DNA of 64,000 nucleotides from a virus (Duplodnaviria; Caudoviricetes). The notes beneath the pieces were generated by a model. The model ran no database searches. It had not been told where the DNA came from and worked only from the letters and a program-made list of their open reading frames with translations. The stretch covers positions 153,983 to 217,982 of the IMG/VR virus record IMGVR_UViG_3300021979_000004; one strand, 5' to 3'. A program made the translations under genes and the position numbers. Positions 36,874 to 45,082 of this stretch are shown here, piece after piece. Every line of letters starts with the position of its first letter. Position 1 is the stretch's first letter.

Positions 36874-38573
36874 TGCATGATTTAAACAAACTTTTAAATG
36901 AATCTTATAAGCTAGAAGAAGGCGCTAAGTTTGGGCAGAAAGAAGTAAATGATATTCTTTCTCGTTCTGGTGACTTTAACATTGGTATCGAGTATGAGTT
37001 CAATATTGATCGAGAACGTTATGATCCTGATGATGTCAGACCATTGTTACAAAAAGGTTTTGGGATAGAGCATATCTATAGTGTCGTCGGTGAACATGAT
37101 GAAATGACTGAGGTCATTACTGAAAAAATGAACTTAAAAGATGCTATCACTAACATAAAAGGAATGTTTAAATTTCTTAGTAGTGATCTAGCTGAAGTTA
37201 GAAGTTTTGCAGGATTACATATCTCTATTTCTTCAAATAAGTATGACATGAGTGATTTCAATAAGTCTAAGTTTATGGTTATGCTTAACTCTGAATATAT
37301 CCACAAACTCTTCCCCGAGCGTAGGCATGTTAATGACGTAAGCAAATACATATCCAATGCTATGAAAAAATTTAAAAGATATAATAAAGGTAGAGCATTT
37401 ACTGAAGATACTATAGATACTATCGAAAGTATTATTTCAGATACCTTAGATACAAAATACATAACTGCTACGCTAAAAGACTTTAATATGATGGATGGCC
37501 GCATTGAGTTGAGGTTCTTTGGCGGTGAGAACTATCAAAATATGTATGCTGATATTAAACAACAGATGTTACGTGCTTTGTTTATAATGGAATTGGCATA
37601 TACTGACCTGTATCAGAAAGAGTATTACAAAGAGCTTTATAAATTTATTAAAGCTGATGATAGTTCAATAGAGTTAGATAGAAAAGATAAAAAAGATTTA
37701 TTGTCAGCATTGTCTAATGAAAATTCAAGCAGGGTATTGGATATTCTGAAAAGGGTTTCTGATAGATTAGACCCACAAGAAACCTATGAAGGTTTAGATA
37801 GTGGTATGCAAAAGAGAATAAAGAATCTATTTAAGAAAACCCCAGATAGTGCATTTGAATTTGCAGAAGAAGTTATGCAAGGTAGGTTCGAAGAAGGTGA
37901 ACCAGTAATTGCTGAGAATGCAAGAACTTCGTATTTTTATGCTCTACTTAACCGTGAGAGATTTGATGAAGGTGAAGAAAAAATGTTTGAAGAATTAGAC
38001 CTTCACGAAATAGAACATTATGTTAATGCAATAAGTCAATTCAACAACTATGATAAATTAGAAATTATCGAAATGATCAACAACATGCCTCAAAGTCTTA
38101 TGGAAAACTTAGTGGCAACAGTTATGGATAATAGAGGCGAAGAATTAACTCAGGAAATGGGCGAAAAAATATTTGCTCTAAGTGCACGTTCGGCAGAATT
38201 TGCGGTTGAATATTTGTTAAATGAGTCTGACGTTAGAAACGCAAATACATATGCTTATACTTTTAATAATGAATATTTGAAAACCTATGAAACTTCTTTA
38301 ATCGATGAAGAAGATATAATGGAGCGTGTAAGAAACGAAAAAAGCCCAAGTACAATTGAAGACATGGTGTCTAATGTTTATCTTTCAGATGAACAAAGTA
38401 TTGAAATAATCGATCAAATATATAATACGTTCAAGAAAGTTGGGCTAGGTATTGATGAAGATGGTCATGTTGATATGCGTGTTGGTAGAATGATTAGTGA
38501 CACTATTGCGAATAAGAGTCCAACTGTTAAAGAATATTTTGAAAATAAAATAGGACAATTAATGAGGGAATAA
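36873..38573 (+). CDS. Putative amidoligase with helical repeats, paralog 3
   Basis: FNIGIEYE, EHDEMTEVIT, GLHISIS, KY, GRIELRFFGG; LEE-G leader end. Confidence 0.65.
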   Translation: MHDLNKLLNESYKLEEGAKFGQKEVNDILSRSGDFNIGIEYEFNIDRERYDPDDVRPLLQKGFGIEHIYSVVGEHDEMTEVITEKMNLKDAITNIKGMFKFLSSDLAEVRSFAGLHISISSNKYDMSDFNKSKFMVMLNSEYIHKLFPERRHVNDVSKYISNAMKKFKRYNKGRAFTEDTIDTIESIISDTLDTKYITATLKDFNMMDGRIELRFFGGENYQNMYADIKQQMLRALFIMELAYTDLYQKEYYKELYKFIKADDSSIELDRKDKKDLLSALSNENSSRVLDILKRVSDRLDPQETYEGLDSGMQKRIKNLFKKTPDSAFEFAEEVMQGRFEEGEPVIAENARTSYFYALLNRERFDEGEEKMFEELDLHEIEHYVNAISQFNNYDKLEIIEMINNMPQSLMENLVATVMDNRGEELTQEMGEKIFALSARSAEFAVEYLLNESDVRNANTYAYTFNNEYLKTYETSLIDEEDIMERVRNEKSPSTIEDMVSNVYLSDEQSIEIIDQIYNTFKKVGLGIDEDGHVDMRVGRMISDTIANKSPTVKEYFENKIGQLMRE

Positions 38574-38586
38574 TCCCTCATTAATT
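38557..38586. terminator. Bidirectional terminator-like hairpin
   Basis: 13-bp inverted repeat AATTAATGAGGGA-ATAA-TCCCTCATTAATT between convergent genes. Confidence 0.7.
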
Positions 38587-38594
38587 TTATAATT

Positions 38595-38807
38595 TTAAAC
38601 TTCTACTAGTTTAACATGATCTGACATAAGGTAATGTTGGTACAACCAAGACAAGTTTCGTGCCCTTAACCAAGACATAAAACCAACTTGATACACGCCT
38701 TTCGCAAATATATCACTTTGACGTTCCTCAATGTCAATACCTTTTTCTTTCATAAATTCTTTAAACTCTTCATGTTCTTCGTTCAAAAGATCGTCTACTG
38801 ATGACAT
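38595..38807 (-). CDS. Small hypothetical protein
   Basis: GGAGG RBS; 70 aa. Confidence 0.55.
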   Translation of the reverse strand: MSSVDDLLNEEHEEFKEFMKEKGIDIEERQSDIFAKGVYQVGFMSWLRARNLSWLYQHYLMSDHVKLVEV

Positions 38808-39166
38808 TATTCTTCCTCCTGTTGCGCGTTACGTTGTGCGAGTGCAAAAGGACATACTACGTCCTGATCGTTTTCATCCACTGTTGGAAGCAGATCAACA
38901 TAGTGAGTATAGTTCTCAATGACCCACTCAGAAGATTCATGCTTTGGGCGGTCCATTTTGTCAGTATAGGTCATCAGGTATAGTGCCATACCGTGAGGGA
39001 AAGGAATACCGGCTCTCTCCCACTCACCTTTATACTGGTAACCTTTGTCACCGTGTGCACTTACAATACCAGCACATCCAGTGTCTTCAAGGCTTGCACC
39101 GAACACAGCATACCAAAATGTAGGAAGGTGTTTGTCGAGCCATTTGTAGTGGTTTACGATGTCCAT
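38807..39166 (-). CDS. Hypothetical protein (start moved to MDIVNH)
   Basis: The track start overlaps the -10 box of its own promoter; ATG 39166 preferred. Confidence 0.55.
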   Translation of the reverse strand: MDIVNHYKWLDKHLPTFWYAVFGASLEDTGCAGIVSAHGDKGYQYKGEWERAGIPFPHGMALYLMTYTDKMDRPKHESSEWVIENYTHYVDLLPTVDENDQDVVCPFALAQRNAQQEEE

Positions 39167-39194
39167 AAAAAATCCCATCTGAATATTTAAATAC

Positions 39195-39223
39195 ATTATA
39201 AATCAGATGAGGATTAGTTTCAA
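39195..39223 (-). promoter_or_regulatory. Sigma70-like promoter
   Basis: TTGAAA-17-TATAAT. Confidence 0.65.
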
Positions 39224-39241
39224 GCCTTTTAACAAAAATTA

Positions 39242-40321
39242 TTACATATCTTCGTCTTCGTCTTCCATTTCACTTTCGATTTCGTCTACATAATCCCTAT
39301 ACTCTTCAACAAACTCAGAAACTGTGTATTCATTATAGTCACCAACTAATGATCTAGCATCTATATCATCCATACTAAAACCGTGCACGTCCATGACTGC
39401 TTGGGTTTTCAAGTTTTCTTCATTTAGATAAATGGATTCAAACATAGTTGCTGGTATTCTACCTAGATATCCAAAGACACCAAGCTTAGTGTTTAGGGAA
39501 GATTTATCACGCACTTGATCTAATTGATCTTTAGGTACAAAAGATGTCAAATTTGTTTTAAAGGTAAGATTGCCATCAGTCGCATACTGCATAATATCAT
39601 CATAACCAAGACTCATAGTAAGCTCATGCTCATAACCATAAACATCAATAGCTACATCATAGTCAAGTATTAGCTTATCTACATCTGGAATCTTTAGTTT
39701 TATTACAACTGGAAAAGAATCATTATTAGCAGCAGATGTGTTAGCATGGAAGTCGGCACGTTCTGGATTTAAAGTGACGAATACCTTACCGCTATGTTGA
39801 ATCTTATCATAATTGGTTTTACCTTCCTGTGGGCGAATACCAGTCTTTATGATTTTCTTAAGAGCGTTTAGATCAGTTCCATGATAGAAGAATTTCTCTG
39901 ATAGAGGCTTTAAAAATTCTTCTTTAGTCTGTTCGTACTCAAATTCATATTCATTGTCAGAACTGAAGTTAACTCCCTGTACAATAACTTTCTCAATATC
40001 TAATTCGTCCATGATCTTTAGGAGCGTCTTAGAAGCTGTAGAATGTCTATAGTTACCATCCCCAATAAGGTAAAGCGCACCGTTTAAAATCCTGCCCATA
40101 ACGATATCAGGGTACGTGTCGTCTGCCATATCACCATTCAGGTCATAGATATCTGCATATTCGGGGAATCCGTCTTCACGTTCGGCATTTAATGTATCAT
40201 ACATGTCTTGATAGACTTCAGTTTGTTCTTCAACATCTTCATTATCTAGCAACCAAAGATGTTGTTTATAACCAATAGCAAACTCGCCTTCGCCTTTTTT
40301 AAATAACTCATTTAATTTCAC
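39242..40321 (-). CDS. Putative internal head protein, H-Y type ADP-ribosyltransferase-like
   Basis: MKLNELF leader; FYHGT...I...GI.P...VFVT....A..HA...VIKLKI. Confidence 0.6.
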   Translation of the reverse strand: MKLNELFKKGEGEFAIGYKQHLWLLDNEDVEEQTEVYQDMYDTLNAEREDGFPEYADIYDLNGDMADDTYPDIVMGRILNGALYLIGDGNYRHSTASKTLLKIMDELDIEKVIVQGVNFSSDNEYEFEYEQTKEEFLKPLSEKFFYHGTDLNALKKIIKTGIRPQEGKTNYDKIQHSGKVFVTLNPERADFHANTSAANNDSFPVVIKLKIPDVDKLILDYDVAIDVYGYEHELTMSLGYDDIMQYATDGNLTFKTNLTSFVPKDQLDQVRDKSSLNTKLGVFGYLGRIPATMFESIYLNEENLKTQAVMDVHGFSMDDIDARSLVGDYNEYTVSEFVEEYRDYVDEIESEMEDEDEDM

Positions 40322-41256
40322 TTCAATAATCTCCTTATAAATTCTTCACCGTCGTCACTCATTGGTACTATGTAATACTCTTTGCACTGAAAGACTATTT
40401 CAGAACGTTTAATACTGTCTGTGATCTCATCTGCTACGATAGACTTTCTGAAGGTATCAATGGGCGTGAAAAGATCATCAGTTTCCAAGGTGTGTCTAAG
40501 TCTTGAGAACAAATCAAATACGTCCCTATAAACTCCCTGTGCCATAGAATCTGCTTCTTCTGAAGGGTGAACGTCTAAAAGATCATCGGCTTCATCTACA
40601 ATACGGTCGAGTAAAATAATATCTTTCTGAACCATTTCCATCGGATGTGATAAGATATCTCGGATTTTGTCTATCAATGTGAAAAGTTTAGAAATAAATT
40701 CCTCACCTCTTTCATGAAATATCTTATCAACATTATTGAAAAGATATTCTTTTTGATGCTCTAGGCCGATTGCGTAGTCATACACCCTATCAATTTCATA
40801 AGACACTTCAGCTAATCGATTCAAAGATTCATTGTTTACGTTGATATCACCATTGGTGACGTTTGAATAATAATGGTAACGATAGTTACCTTTAGGAATA
40901 AAGTAGTACCAATCATCTACGCCCACACCATCAAAATCACTAGGATCAAAAGCAATGGTGGAAACTGCATACTGGTATCTGGATGGAATGTCATGGTCTT
41001 TTAGATAACGCTCTAATGAAGTTTGAAAAAGATCATTGTAAAATATGTTGCCATGCGCTTCACGATAGGACATGGTAGGAATGACATGCATTTCGTCATA
41101 GGGCAGATCATCATTACCACGATATATAAAAAGACCTTTCTTTAGGAACTCGTTGATAAACTTAGATGAATTTTTCTTAACACTTTCGATAACCTCTTCA
41201 CTGAGGAAATCTTCTGTACTAGCGTCAGCATATTCGAGTAGATGTTTTATTTTCAT
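40318..41256 (-). CDS. Putative internal head protein, R-S-E type ADP-ribosyltransferase-like (start MKIKHLLE)
   Basis: GAAGGT RBS before ATG 41256; IYRG, AVST, C-terminal SEIVF...YYIV; paralog of 27015..27809. Confidence 0.5.
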   Translation of the reverse strand: MKIKHLLEYADASTEDFLSEEVIESVKKNSSKFINEFLKKGLFIYRGNDDLPYDEMHVIPTMSYREAHGNIFYNDLFQTSLERYLKDHDIPSRYQYAVSTIAFDPSDFDGVGVDDWYYFIPKGNYRYHYYSNVTNGDINVNNESLNRLAEVSYEIDRVYDYAIGLEHQKEYLFNNVDKIFHERGEEFISKLFTLIDKIRDILSHPMEMVQKDIILLDRIVDEADDLLDVHPSEEADSMAQGVYRDVFDLFSRLRHTLETDDLFTPIDTFRKSIVADEITDSIKRSEIVFQCKEYYIVPMSDDGEEFIRRLLK

Positions 41257-41281
41257 AAATAATACCTTCATTTTATAGTAT

Positions 41282-41289
41282 TATTTATG
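41282..41289 (-). promoter_or_regulatory. Late promoter CATAAATA
   Basis: 25 nt upstream of ATG 41256. Confidence 0.65.
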
Positions 41290-41294
41290 AAATA

Positions 41295-41534
41295 TTATTC
41301 GTGAATGATTGAGTTTTCGAAAGCCTTATTTTCATAATATGCGTCAAATATATCTTCAATCATATAACGACATTTTATAATTTTGTTTGAGCTAATATCT
41401 ACAACACTTTCTGCAAGTTGCAAAATATGTATATCGGATAATTGTGATTTAAGTGCTTCGCGATAAGTGCTAGTATTACCAAAGTAATAACGTAATCTTT
41501 TGCCATCTTTAGTTTTTCTATCAATATAAAGCAT
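41295..41534 (-). CDS. Small hypothetical protein
   Basis: 79 aa; start overlaps upstream stop. Confidence 0.5.
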   Translation of the reverse strand: MLYIDRKTKDGKRLRYYFGNTSTYREALKSQLSDIHILQLAESVVDISSNKIIKCRYMIEDIFDAYYENKAFENSIIHE

Positions 41535-41875
41535 TATCGATCTTCTCCCAATAAGTAATCCAACATACGTCTATGATATTTTTCATCAACATCATAGCCT
41601 TCATCATATTTCTTAAGCATTTCTTTATGGTAATAAACTTGTCCTTCAAGATCATCCTTGCTTACTACTCTGGCATTTTTCTTTTTGACAAGTTTTCCAT
41701 TTACAATATCGTATTGAGCTAATTGATTTAGTCGATACATTATAGAGGTTTTGACTTCAGGATGGTCCAGATTTAATGATACTCTAATACCACCACCTAG
41801 ACCGCCGTATTCATCTACACTATATTTTTCAAGTTTCTTTCTACGTTTGAACAATTTTCTAAAAAGGTAAAACAT
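41534..41875 (-). CDS. Hypothetical protein
   Basis: 113 aa; GAAGGAG RBS. Confidence 0.5.
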   Translation of the reverse strand: MFYLFRKLFKRRKKLEKYSVDEYGGLGGGIRVSLNLDHPEVKTSIMYRLNQLAQYDIVNGKLVKKKNARVVSKDDLEGQVYYHKEMLKKYDEGYDVDEKYHRRMLDYLLGEDR

Positions 41876-41877
41876 TG

Positions 41878-43569
41878 TTACTCTTCTTTTTCTTTGAAGT
41901 ACTCCAACTCAATATCGTTTTCTCTAAAGGCTTCTTCAATAACTTCGTCAGTAAGCATACTTTCATCAAAATCCATATAACCATAATATGGCTGCTCGAC
42001 TTTGAAGTGATCACTAATCTCTTCTTCAACTGGCTCACTACCTCTAGTAAGACTATCGACATAATTATATACGTCATTGTTTTTAACTTCAAAGTCCTTA
42101 CCTTCAGCAAACTCATAATACTTCATATCTTCGAAATGCAGTTCATTCGTAAAATCAGTTACAGCACTTTGAACATTATCTACCAGTTCGGCCATTGATC
42201 CAGATTCGTATGCGTCACTGTTTAAGCGATCTAACGCTGTTTTAACATCATCTGCTACTTCGCGGATAATCTCATCAAGATTATCTTCTACGTATTCGAT
42301 ATCATACTCATCCTCTTCAATAGCCATTGAATCTATTATATCTTCTTTATACAAGTTGTAAATATGTAGAGTAACAGAATCCTGAATCTTACCTATGAAA
42401 TGGTCTTCCATAAAGCCTTTATAATTATCAATTTCAGGCGCATTAAAAAAGTCAAAATAACCGTCTCGAATAGTTGATAATTCAGGAGCAGCATTTTCTA
42501 ATCCGTTATAAACTTTGAATTTACCATCTTCAGTATCATAATGGATTTCATAATCAGGACCGTTGTAATAGTCACTTAATATGTTATCAACTATATCCAC
42601 AACCTTCTTAGGCGATCCCTCACCTTGCTTAAATTTTTCCATTTCTTTTTTAAGGGGAAGTAGCTGATTACCTTCTAGGTCAATAAATTCATCGCCTTTG
42701 ATTTCACGAAGTTCCTTAAGCATATGGTCTGGTAAATCATCAAGCTCAAAGTTATGTTCTGGTTCATATCCACCGCCAATAACACCTTCAATAATAGGAA
42801 GCTTTAAAAGCTCAAAAATATATTGATGATATCTTTCAGCAGGCTTTTCATTGGCACGGCCTTTCATTTCACCCAAGAAACCATCATTGTATATAAATGT
42901 TAGATGTGGCTTGAAATATGTTTGACCATCCACATCAACTTTGGTTCTTAAAGAAAAGACACGATCCCCCGGCTTTTCAGAAGGTTGATTGCCACAATGA
43001 CCCATAGCATCTGCTTCATCACCACATGATCCTTTGCCTAAGTCATACCAAGCTATCTTACCAAAGTCTATCAGAACTTTTTCTGTACCATTCTTAGGTA
43101 TTAGATTTTCTTCACTTAGTTCAACGAATTCTTGCTCAAGCTCTCGTAAATCTTCAATAGGTGTTCTAGCATTCGTCGGATTATAATTTTGAATTTTTGA
43201 ATAGTTGATGCCTGTAAGGTGAGATAGATAATCAAAAACTTGAGACGCTTTATAGTCTTTATACTTAGCTTTTTTAAGTAATGATTGATCCCCAATTTCA
43301 TCAGAAACCGAATCAAGCATGTTTGATTTTAGTACATCGGCAAGAAATGTTTTCCAAGTGTTGGGGAAGTCTTGAAATTCGGAAGATGATTTATATTTTT
43401 TCCAAACTTTTTGAGTGGTTCTAATTATAGGACCGATCTGTTCCATATAATCAGCATATTTAGCTTTAATACTTTCTACGGATTGTTTCAGAAGGTCATC
43501 ACCTCGACCTTCTGATAAAAGCATTGCGTCATCGATAACTGAACGTAAGTCTTTCATTGATAGTGACAT
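41878..43569 (-). CDS. Putative internal head protein with PcfJ-like domain
   Basis: LLSE-G leader end; WYDL....C..EADAMGHCG ... FSLR ... EMKGRANEKP resembles PcfJ-like domains; late promoter. Confidence 0.5.
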   Translation of the reverse strand: MSLSMKDLRSVIDDAMLLSEGRGDDLLKQSVESIKAKYADYMEQIGPIIRTTQKVWKKYKSSSEFQDFPNTWKTFLADVLKSNMLDSVSDEIGDQSLLKKAKYKDYKASQVFDYLSHLTGINYSKIQNYNPTNARTPIEDLRELEQEFVELSEENLIPKNGTEKVLIDFGKIAWYDLGKGSCGDEADAMGHCGNQPSEKPGDRVFSLRTKVDVDGQTYFKPHLTFIYNDGFLGEMKGRANEKPAERYHQYIFELLKLPIIEGVIGGGYEPEHNFELDDLPDHMLKELREIKGDEFIDLEGNQLLPLKKEMEKFKQGEGSPKKVVDIVDNILSDYYNGPDYEIHYDTEDGKFKVYNGLENAAPELSTIRDGYFDFFNAPEIDNYKGFMEDHFIGKIQDSVTLHIYNLYKEDIIDSMAIEEDEYDIEYVEDNLDEIIREVADDVKTALDRLNSDAYESGSMAELVDNVQSAVTDFTNELHFEDMKYYEFAEGKDFEVKNNDVYNYVDSLTRGSEPVEEEISDHFKVEQPYYGYMDFDESMLTDEVIEEAFRENDIELEYFKEKEE

Positions 43570-43601
43570 TGTAATTATTCTCCATTATAAACTATTATCA
43601 A

Positions 43602-43609
43602 TATTTATA
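43602..43609 (-). promoter_or_regulatory. T4-type late promoter TATAAATA
   Basis: Exact consensus upstream of ATG 43569. Confidence 0.7.
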
Positions 43610-43961
43610 GATCAATAATAGTTTCAATCACCTCAACAATGGCAACAATGTCTGCATATCTTTCTTCAATTACAAGCTCATAAGAAATAGATTTCCCATC
43701 GGCTTTCGTTTGTGCAGTATAAACCCGATTATCATTAGTTCTCACATAATCCTTTTTAAGGTCGATAACAGGACTAGTGAACTTATTATTAATAGATTTA
43801 ATCAAAGCTTTTGGAATTTCTTCTCTCTTAAGAGTTTTAGATACTTTCTGCTTCTTTGTGTGCAATTTCTTTTCTCCCTCTTCTATCACGTGAATTACTA
43901 GCCATTGAACTAATGTTACCGCACTTATCTTCCATTCGCAACATATCTTGAATTTCAGCAC
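43605..43961 (-). CDS. Hypothetical protein (true start probably further downstream)
   Basis: The ORF fills the gap, but its 5' part overlaps 43837..44127. Confidence 0.35.
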   Translation of the reverse strand: MLKFKICCEWKISAVTLVQWLVIHVIEEGEKKLHTKKQKVSKTLKREEIPKALIKSINNKFTSPVIDLKKDYVRTNDNRVYTAQTKADGKSISYELVIEERYADIVAIVEVIETIIDL

Positions 43962-44127
43962 CTATATGTTGCTTTTCATAAACACGAGATTCCTGATTGA
44001 TATCATCATTTAAGAAAACACGAATGTTATATCCATCCCCTAGACGCGTAACCTTGACATCATGTTCACATTCACCAACCATGACACGTCTCATTCGTTG
44101 AATGGTTCGTCTCTTATAAGTTTTCAT
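43837..44127 (-). CDS. Hypothetical phage protein
   Basis: AAGGGA RBS; 96 aa. Confidence 0.55.
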   Translation of the reverse strand: MKTYKRRTIQRMRRVMVGECEHDVKVTRLGDGYNIRVFLNDDINQESRVYEKQHIGAEIQDMLRMEDKCGNISSMASNSRDRRGRKEIAHKEAESI

Positions 44128-44181
44128 ACTACGTCCCTTCCTATTCCAATTAGTTCTTTAAAACTAAAATCTTCGTCAGAC

Positions 44182-44301
44182 TTAACCCAAAAGCTCTTTA
44201 AGAGCAGAACGATCAACAACCGTCAGATTCTTTCTAACTGAGACTTCAGGCTGTTCCATACCGGCTTCGAAGTTATCTTCAAGTTGTTGAAATTTGCTCA
44301 T
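44182..44301 (-). CDS. Small protein (39 aa), not in the ORF track
   Basis: Own translation MSKFQQLEDNFEAGMEQPEVSVRKNLTVVDRSALKELLG; GAGGT RBS. Confidence 0.5.
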   Translation of the reverse strand: MSKFQQLEDNFEAGMEQPEVSVRKNLTVVDRSALKELLG

Positions 44302-44309
44302 GATACACC

Positions 44310-44477
44310 TCAGTCTTGCTTACGAATGTTTTTGATATCAACGTGTTTGAACTTGCCATCGTTTACGCCAGTAACGAAAGCGAAACCGCGTTGACGTGAG
44401 AAACTATGAAATCGTACTTCGACTTCTGAGTTGGAATTAACCAACACAACTTTTTCATTTGATTTAAAATTGGTCAT
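44310..44477 (-). CDS. Small SH3-like protein (55 aa), not in the ORF track
   Basis: Own translation MTNFKSNEKVVLVNSNSEVEVRFHSFSRQRGFAFVTGVNDGKFKHVDIKNIRKQD; AGGAGG RBS. Confidence 0.6.
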   Translation of the reverse strand: MTNFKSNEKVVLVNSNSEVEVRFHSFSRQRGFAFVTGVNDGKFKHVDIKNIRKQD

Positions 44478-44519
44478 AATAACCTCCTAAACAAAATGGT
44501 TTAGGAGAAACCTAAACCA

Positions 44520-44756
44520 TTATTTTACAATATTTGTGACGACTGGAATTTTAATATCCAAATCTTCGCCCTCTTGCTCATTTAAATACCTATCGTGTAG
44601 TATAACACTAGCAGTTTTGTAATACAACATCTTTTTCTTTGATTCCCTCTTCAATAACAGGGAATGAATATGCTTACCGTATAACATGATGCCTTCAAAT
44701 CGATCATGTAATGTTTTAGCTTCTTCATAGAGATACTTTACACTATCTTTACTCAT
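44520..44756 (-). CDS. Hypothetical protein
   Basis: 78-aa ORF in operon. Confidence 0.45.
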   Translation of the reverse strand: MSKDSVKYLYEEAKTLHDRFEGIMLYGKHIHSLLLKRESKKKMLYYKTASVILHDRYLNEQEGEDLDIKIPVVTNIVK

Positions 44757-44758
44757 AA

Positions 44759-45082
44759 TTATAGGCCCATAAACATAGATTTTAAATCTTTTTCGGTTTG
44801 ACTTTGGTAAGCCACATACTGTGCTACTAGTTTGAATCGTTGCCAGTTTCTAATTTTTTCTTTATCCAGTCTTGTTAATCTTAATAACGTCAGGCATAAA
44901 AGAAGACTGTACTCATAAGCACAGTCTGGTTCCATTATATAATTTAACGTACTGTAGTTTTCTTGTTGAATCAACCGACAAATAAATCTATAAAAAGGTT
45001 GTAATTCTTTTTGGGTTATTACGGTATGTCCGTTATTAATAAAATATTGTACATCAAACCCATCAATTACATCAGAACTCAT
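44759..45082 (-). CDS. Hypothetical protein
   Basis: 107-aa ORF overlapping the end of the sigma gene. Confidence 0.5.
   Translation of the reverse strand: MSSDVIDGFDVQYFINNGHTVITQKELQPFYRFICRLIQQENYSTLNYIMEPDCAYEYSLLLCLTLLRLTRLDKEKIRNWQRFKLVAQYVAYQSQTEKDLKSMFMGL

Noticed and set aside
25655-38573. Diversity-generating retroelement behind the paralogous genes
   Set aside because: No reverse transcriptase and no near-identical TR/VR pair differing at adenines; the paralogs are broadly diverged.
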